Shown in pieces: positions 58,242-64,000 of a DNA stretch of 64,000 nucleotides. Within the stretch, counting starts at the first letter, position 1. Every line of letters begins with the position of its first letter. The notes beneath the pieces were generated by a model. It was not told the origin of the DNA. It saw nothing but the letters and a program-made list of their open reading frames with translations, and made no database searches. The stretch comes from Kiritimatiellia bacterium (GTDB lineage Bacteria; Verrucomicrobiota; Kiritimatiellia; UBA8416; JBFIFS01). The position numbers were made by a program, and so were the translations under genes. The stretch is taken from assembly GCA_041602695.1 (NCBI GenBank), contig JBFIFS010000002.1, positions 2,644 to 66,643 on the forward strand, read 5' to 3'.

Positions 58242-58769
58242 CTAGAGGCCCCAGCCGTTATACCACGCCCGCTCGGGGAAAGACTTTCGCCCCCTCTGTT
58301 CGCACGACTCTTTCGGAACTCCAATGGGAAGAAGCACCCTTACATCCAGGGCTTCCGGAACGCCAAGGATTGCCCCTATCCTGCTTGCAAGCCCATCTTT
58401 GCGCAACATTCCGTCAAGCCATACTGAGGCATAACCCATAGCAGTTATGGCCAGAAGCATGTTTTCCACGGAAGCCGCGCAATCCTCGACTCCAAACGAC
58501 ATGTCGCCATACACCGCTTTGTGTTCAGCAACACAGAGAATCATTGCCTTGGCCGTTCTTAGATAGACGCGGTCCTCAACGAGCGACGCTATCGCATTCA
58601 GCTTTTCAGGGTCATCTACGATGACAAAGCTGGTCGTCTGCGCGTTACACCCGGACGGCGCCCTTATGCCGGCATCCACAATCCGCTCAAGGTCCTCGCG
58701 CGGCACAAGCCTGTCCTCAAATTCGCCTCGATAGCTGTGCCTCTTTACAACTGCATCAAAGAAATCCAC
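58242..58769 (-). CDS. nitroreductase family protein
   Basis: HSYRGEFEDRLVPREDLERIVDAGIRAPSGCNAQTTSFVIV matches the FMN nitroreductase fold. Confidence 0.75.
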   Translation of the reverse strand: MDFFDAVVKRHSYRGEFEDRLVPREDLERIVDAGIRAPSGCNAQTTSFVIVDDPEKLNAIASLVEDRVYLRTAKAMILCVAEHKAVYGDMSFGVEDCAASVENMLLAITAMGYASVWLDGMLRKDGLASRIGAILGVPEALDVRVLLPIGVPKESCEQRGRKSFPERAWYNGWGL

Positions 58770-58781
58770 GTGGTCCTTACC

Positions 58782-60722
58782 TCAATCTTGCCGGGCTGGA
58801 ATAGACGGATCCTCTTTGCCGGCCGCCTGCATGGCCCTCCAGAAGCACCAGACGAGACCGCCAAAGATAACCACAAGGCCAACAGTGAGAAAGATATAAG
58901 CTGTCGAATTCAGCTGCCCGTCAGCAGTGTAGTCGATCGTCCTGGCGGCGAACCAGCCTCTGCGATGACCAAACTCAATGACGATTGCCGCCAAAGCCAT
59001 AGTCACACCAGAGTAAAGAACACCTGCCCTCGCACTCCCGCCCCGGCCTTCATCCTCATCGACGGACTCACGCCTTCCCCTGCTGAAGATCCAGGCAGCA
59101 AGCGGTATCAGGACAAAAAGGACCATGCCGCCAAGCAGATAGTAAGGCGGATTATACGCTGACGTCGCGCCGGCCTCCTTGAGCTGAGCCATTGTCAGTT
59201 CAATATCGACTATTTCTCCCTCAAACACCGACTTCACGTCTCCGAGGCTCGCGAGTCGCGACTCGAGCTGCTGGTAAGCAATTGAGGCCTCAGAGCCCGC
59301 GGCCCTGTAAGCAGCCAGCTCTTTGTGAAACTCCCCGCTGATGCTCCATACGATAAGGATTGAAAGAAGGGCAGGCGCCACGTACTTCACAACGACATCC
59401 CACCAGCGGTAAAGCTGCCAGTCAGAGCGTTCGTTCGCGTGTTTGCGCATCTCCTTAAGGAAGTCCCCTTTCCATGCCCATCCCACCACTACACACTCCG
59501 CCAGGGCGACGATAAGTATTCCGAAGGGACCATTAATCAGTCCATCAACCAGGCCCAGCCAGTTCACTCCGCCCCTGCTGCATGTAAAGACCACTCCCAT
59601 TGCAGCCCCGACTATGCAGATCCCAGGCAGAACATACTTTCTCGGCCACTTCGGCTTGCTGTCACACACGGAAGCCAGACAGGCTTCTACAATACTGAAC
59701 GCTGAATCAATCCCCAACGTGAGCAGGGCCAGGAAGAAAACGACACTGAAGAATGCCGCGTAAGGAAGCTTTGTAAGACCATATGGAAACACCATGAAGG
59801 ACAGGCCCACGGTGCCGCTCGGCACCAGTTCGGGAACAGGCGTGCCCTGCACCGCGCTCATAGCGCCCAACATGGAAAACACTGCTATGCCGGCGATAAA
59901 GCTGGTCCCCATATCGCCCAGACCGATTATGAGCGCATTGTTGTTCAGGTCGCTTTTCTTATGCAGGAAACTCGCATAGCTCAGCATGACTGCGAAGCCG
60001 AGGCTCATGGAGAAAAAGACCTGCGAAAAGGCAAACCGCCACGTGTCCGGCTCAAGGAGTTTGGCCCATCGCGGCTCGAGATAGAATTCCAGGCCTCCGA
60101 TCGCACCTTCCAGTGTAAGTCCTCTTACGGTCAAAATAATAAGCATTATCCAGGGCAGCGGCACAGTAAGCAGAACAACCTTGCTCACCCACTTGACGCC
60201 CCTGCACAGGCAAAGATATATTAGCGCCCACGACACCAGCGTGGCTATGACCACACCTTTGACCGGCGCTCCAAGAGCCATCGTGTCTTCAAACTTCGTC
60301 AGTCCCCCAAGAAAGTGCTCAGCGGCCACGCTTGACTCTTCACCGGCCCACGGCAGAGGACTTCCGGACAGGCCCTTCACAGCAATCACCAGATAGTCCA
60401 CACAGTACCCCAGGATGACGGCGTAGTATGTGATAATAACAAACGCAAGAGAGACCAGCCACCAGCCCACGAACCGATACTTACGCATTATTCGACCGAA
60501 CGCGTCAGGCGGCGCCTGCTGCGCCCAGTGCCCTACAGAAAACTCCATGATGAGGAGAGGAATACCCATAAGAAGCATCGCGGCAAAATAAGGTATAAGG
60601 AATGCTCCGCCGCCGTATGTGTAAAGCTTGTAAGGGAACCCCCAGAGGTTACCCAGGCCAACGGCCGATCCGATTGCGGCAAGGACAAAAGCGCCTCTAG
60701 TACTCCAGCTTTCTCTACTCAC
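58782..60722 (-). CDS. sodium-dependent transporter, neurotransmitter:sodium symporter (NSS/SNF) family, with long C-terminal extension
   Basis: AIGSAVGLGNLWGFPYKLYTYGGGAFLIPYF is the NSS TM1 signature. There are about 170 extra C-terminal residues with additional hydrophobic helices. Confidence 0.8.
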   Translation of the reverse strand: MSRESWSTRGAFVLAAIGSAVGLGNLWGFPYKLYTYGGGAFLIPYFAAMLLMGIPLLIMEFSVGHWAQQAPPDAFGRIMRKYRFVGWWLVSLAFVIITYYAVILGYCVDYLVIAVKGLSGSPLPWAGEESSVAAEHFLGGLTKFEDTMALGAPVKGVVIATLVSWALIYLCLCRGVKWVSKVVLLTVPLPWIMLIILTVRGLTLEGAIGGLEFYLEPRWAKLLEPDTWRFAFSQVFFSMSLGFAVMLSYASFLHKKSDLNNNALIIGLGDMGTSFIAGIAVFSMLGAMSAVQGTPVPELVPSGTVGLSFMVFPYGLTKLPYAAFFSVVFFLALLTLGIDSAFSIVEACLASVCDSKPKWPRKYVLPGICIVGAAMGVVFTCSRGGVNWLGLVDGLINGPFGILIVALAECVVVGWAWKGDFLKEMRKHANERSDWQLYRWWDVVVKYVAPALLSILIVWSISGEFHKELAAYRAAGSEASIAYQQLESRLASLGDVKSVFEGEIVDIELTMAQLKEAGATSAYNPPYYLLGGMVLFVLIPLAAWIFSRGRRESVDEDEGRGGSARAGVLYSGVTMALAAIVIEFGHRRGWFAARTIDYTADGQLNSTAYIFLTVGLVVIFGGLVWCFWRAMQAAGKEDPSIPARQD

Positions 60723-60820
60723 TGATTATCTCCTAGGCTACGCGATTTTCGATGGCAATACTCTTATCATCAACTGTTTGCACATGCAAGAACGTCATTG
60801 CCCCCGCCTGGGGCACCACC

Positions 60821-62014
60821 CTAATTATCCTGTTGGGCTATGGCCGCGGCCACCACGTTGGCGCACAGCGCATGGCCGGCTGGATTCATGTGAGTATCAT
60901 CCCTCCACCACAAGAGCTCCCGGCTCTCTCGCCATAGCGTCTGTCCCTCGGCAATCATCTTTTCCGAAAGATCTACGTAGTCGACCCCCATCTTTGCGCA
61001 TGTATATTCAAGCGCAGACGAAAACCCGCTTCTTGCCTGGGTTATACCCATCGGCTCCTCTCCATTAAGCATCCATCGATAGACCTCCCCCTTGGCCGGC
61101 ATATAGACAACAATGAGCTCCCACTGTTTCTGTGCGCAGATCCGGTTAATAGCGAGCATCGCGTCGACCATCATTGCGTAGTGTGGATGGCTGCACACCT
61201 CGCTTTCACTCATAATAGACGCCTGCGTATATTCGTTAAGAAAGCATACCTTGCCAGCGGGCGTATCGATGACGGACACTTCGCCGCTGCTTCCTGCCTC
61301 CCCGGACCTTACGCGCCCGCCAAGCAGCGCCAGAACCGGCGAGCGGCTTTTGAATGAATGGAAGCCTACCCTGCACCTGTCTGAGAAACTGGTCCTTTTA
61401 AGGTGTTTAATGTGCTCCACCCTGCGATAAGGCCCCCAGAGATCATTACCGGAACATATTGCCAGTATTACAGACCCGCCAGCCCTCAGGGGCAGCCTGT
61501 CCATTTCCAGCATCAGCAGGAGGAGATGGTGGTAAGGATTCCCCACCTGCGCGAGGCTATAGGTATTGATGCCGTGCCTCCGGTTCAGCAGCGTAACCCA
61601 CGTGGCGTCCTGGTCCGTCCCATTCCCGATAGCAAAGGAATCGCCAAGGACTATCGCATCGAGCGACTCGGCCTCTGCTGCCTCATCTATGTTCCTGTAT
61701 CCGTGGGCGTCCGTCTCAAAGACAAGATGCCGCGGCTCCCTCAGCGAGGCGTTGTCGAGAATGGCGGCAAGGTCTCCATGCGTCTCACCAGCAAACCGCC
61801 TGTTCTTCCTGTAAATTATCAGCTCATTCCATTCCGGGTGGCGCATCGCGAACCTTTCATGCGCCCGATAGAAGAGAATATTTGAATCCGCGAATCTCAG
61901 GAAGACATCAGCAGCGCCGAGCGTAAGACCAACTGCCAACAGTATCAGCAGGATCCTCTGGAGGATAAGCTTGAACGCTGCGCGCTTGGGAGGAACGGGC
62001 TTCATATCGTTCAA
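60821..62014 (-). CDS. membrane-anchored SGNH/GDSL-like hydrolase (putative)
   Basis: N-terminal TM helix (ILLILLAVGLTLGAADVFL) and a GDS block (IVLGDSFAIGNG). Confidence 0.4.
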   Translation of the reverse strand: MNDMKPVPPKRAAFKLILQRILLILLAVGLTLGAADVFLRFADSNILFYRAHERFAMRHPEWNELIIYRKNRRFAGETHGDLAAILDNASLREPRHLVFETDAHGYRNIDEAAEAESLDAIVLGDSFAIGNGTDQDATWVTLLNRRHGINTYSLAQVGNPYHHLLLLMLEMDRLPLRAGGSVILAICSGNDLWGPYRRVEHIKHLKRTSFSDRCRVGFHSFKSRSPVLALLGGRVRSGEAGSSGEVSVIDTPAGKVCFLNEYTQASIMSESEVCSHPHYAMMVDAMLAINRICAQKQWELIVVYMPAKGEVYRWMLNGEEPMGITQARSGFSSALEYTCAKMGVDYVDLSEKMIAEGQTLWRESRELLWWRDDTHMNPAGHALCANVVAAAIAQQDN

Positions 62015-62080
62015 GGTAATAGCCGATTTTGGGTTTGTTTTCCAGAAGGATTGCTTCGTGACTTACGCATCCATCATGCG

Positions 62081-63133
62081 CTAAGAGCGCCATTCGATAA
62101 CTGCGTCACACATGGCTTTCCAGTTCTCCGGCTTGGTATAGCTCGAGATCTGATTTCCGGTCCCTATCGCAAGACCGCCGTGCCCAGCGACCTTCGGGAG
62201 AAGGTCGAGCACGTACTGACGCACTTCTTGCGGTGTATTCAGGGTCATGATGTTCATCTCAATGCCGCCGAAGTTGCCGATTCGACCGCCATACCTTTCA
62301 ACCCACACATCGAAGGTATCAATGGCGTCCTCGTTCGAGTGCTTGGCATCGATTCCGGCGACGTCGATAAGATCGTCCATCACTCCGTATATGCATCCGC
62401 AGGAGTGCAGAAGAAACGGCTTCTCGTAATCATGAACAAGGTCAACAATGCGTTTGTACTGAGGAATAACGTGCTTTCTGATCTCGTCAGGCTGCAGGAG
62501 CGTGGCCGACCTAAACCCAAGGTCATCACCGAATCGACATACTGCAAATGACTCGGCATGATTACGGAGGGCCCATTCCCAGACCTCAAGCAGCATGTCG
62601 CCGATCCTGACCCACAGCAGCTCGTAGGCATCGGTCTCATCGATCTGCAGGTATGCCAACTCCTGAAACGGCACAAAGTCCTGTATCAGCTCGAATGGGC
62701 CGTTCCCTACCCCTCCAACGGCCTTCATCCCGTCAGGGAGCGTCTCGGCCATAGCTGCAAAATGAGGCTCTGCCAAAGCGATGAATTCGGCTGCCTTAGC
62801 TTTCCACGGGTATTCCTCTACATCCTGTAGCTTACTGATTATCGCCGTGGCGCGGCCGCTCAGCCCCGCTCCGCCCTGCACGACGGAATCCAGACAGACC
62901 TCGAACGGCACACAATCGTATCCAAGCTCCACGCCACACTCGGCTTTTCGGCGATACCCCTGCTTCTTATCCTCGTAACTTCCCCTGCAAAGAGGACCTA
63001 CAGGCTCCCCGATAACCTTCTCAACAACACCCGAGTCGAACCCGTGTTCGTAGAGCGGCAAACGGCTCGCCTCACGGTTCCGGGCTGCGTCCACAACGTG
63101 CCTGTAATCTGGTTGAAACTTGCTCATAAACAT
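62081..63133 (-). CDS. uroporphyrinogen decarboxylase (URO-D) family protein, MtaA/CmuA-like methyltransferase type
   Basis: 350 aa with a URO-D-like TIM barrel and no signal peptide. Confidence 0.45.
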   Translation of the reverse strand: MFMSKFQPDYRHVVDAARNREASRLPLYEHGFDSGVVEKVIGEPVGPLCRGSYEDKKQGYRRKAECGVELGYDCVPFEVCLDSVVQGGAGLSGRATAIISKLQDVEEYPWKAKAAEFIALAEPHFAAMAETLPDGMKAVGGVGNGPFELIQDFVPFQELAYLQIDETDAYELLWVRIGDMLLEVWEWALRNHAESFAVCRFGDDLGFRSATLLQPDEIRKHVIPQYKRIVDLVHDYEKPFLLHSCGCIYGVMDDLIDVAGIDAKHSNEDAIDTFDVWVERYGGRIGNFGGIEMNIMTLNTPQEVRQYVLDLLPKVAGHGGLAIGTGNQISSYTKPENWKAMCDAVIEWRS

Positions 63134-63221
63134 GCTCTCTCGCTACGAAAAGCAGGAAAAATACTGAAATTGAGGAGACACATGAAGAAAATAATAACCG
63201 CTGCCATCCAATAGCGTTTAG

Positions 63222-64000
63222 CTACTCGAGGATACGCCCCTCAGCCTCGCTCTCCCTTCTGAATTTCTCAATTAGATGCGCCGTCCTATTGTCCAGGGAT
63301 TGCTTTTTGAGATACCAATATGCACGACGGGCTATAAAGAAATTACCATTATCGAGGAGTTGCGATACCTCCCGAAGCAGAGAACCTGAGGCATACTCAT
63401 GCTTCTCAAGCAGGCTTAGAAACAGATGCACCTCATAATAGCGGTCCATCCTTACAAGCACCTTGCCCATAGCCTCAAGGAGTGAAGCAGGCAATTCCCG
63501 CATTGCGCCGAGCACGCCGACTAGCTGAATGCGCCGTGCGGGCGAGGCATCAATATAAAGCGCTGCGAGCTCGGCACCGAACTGGCCATCGTCCTCCGCA
63601 TTGTTTGCCAGGTAGATAAGAGCCGGTCCCATCACCTCATTGTCGCCGTGCTGCAATATCGCTCTTGTCCTCTTCGCCAATGCAGAATCGTAGATCTTGT
63701 GGCATGAGAGGTGTTCGAGCGCAAAAAGGATCTGGTGCGGCTTTTCGGAGCCCAGCAGCCCTTGAAGCAGATTCTTGTCACACCTCCTGTGCGTCAGCTC
63801 GCGCGCAGTATTCCCGACGTCCCCCTGCGCCCAGTGCCAGAGATGAAAACATGTCAGCGCCGCCCCCTTTACCACCGCCCGACTCAAGGCGGCAGGCGTT
63901 GCCGTCGTCACCGCGTCCACATCCGCCCTCTTTCGCCTAACTGCCAAGTCACCCCATTGCTGTTCACGCAGGATTGATTTCTTATTCGACAGGATTGCAT
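63222..64000 (-). CDS. HEAT-repeat / DNA-alkylation-repair-like protein (5' end beyond window)
   Basis: The reading frame stays open upstream of the TTG at 63947 to the window edge (…AILSNKKSILREQQWGD-). It resembles the AlkD-like helical repeat family. Confidence 0.3.
   Translation of the reverse strand, partial: AILSNKKSILREQQWGDLAVRRKRADVDAVTTATPAALSRAVVKGAALTCFHLWHWAQGDVGNTARELTHRRCDKNLLQGLLGSEKPHQILFALEHLSCHKIYDSALAKRTRAILQHGDNEVMGPALIYLANNAEDDGQFGAELAALYIDASPARRIQLVGVLGAMRELPASLLEAMGKVLVRMDRYYEVHLFLSLLEKHEYASGSLLREVSQLLDNGNFFIARRAYWYLKKQSLDNRTAHLIEKFRRESEAEGRILE

Overview
This is a high-GC bacterial chromosomal window, not a phage or plasmid, with dense co-directional gene blocks. The content is mostly core housekeeping: a riboflavin operon (ribBA-ribH-nusB-ribD-ribE, with the ribE 5' part running off the window start) preceded by an FMN riboswitch; tRNA-Val(CAC); a SWIM/SNF2 helicase; the F0 half of an ATP synthase operon (atpB-E-F-H) followed by hupB; ctp-dapF-xthA; a putative bifunctional fucokinase/GDP-fucose pyrophosphorylase (Fkp-like); xseB/xseA, ymdB and rny; a complete thrS-infC-rpmI-rplT-pheS-pheT block with an AUU-initiated infC; argH, pyrC, glpK and ilvC.

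The accessory-looking content is of three kinds. First, an ExbB-ExbD-TPR cluster whose fourth gene is a membrane-anchored, proline/glycine-rich VWA protein where TonB would be expected; I rank this as the most likely candidate for the undescribed system. Second, three tandem Cys-type sulfatases without signal peptides, flanked by a glycoside-hydrolase-like lipoprotein and a GntR/sugar-binding regulator. Third, several small or orphan domain proteins: zinc-ribbon proteins, an FHA membrane protein and a stand-alone T2SSF-domain mini-protein.

No CRISPR array, rRNA, integrase or transposase is visible. The gene content (RNase Y, many sulfatases, fucose salvage, nitroreductase, a URO-D-like methyltransferase) suggests an anaerobic glycan degrader of the PVC superphylum (Kiritimatiellota/Lentisphaerota-like), but this lineage guess is inference only.
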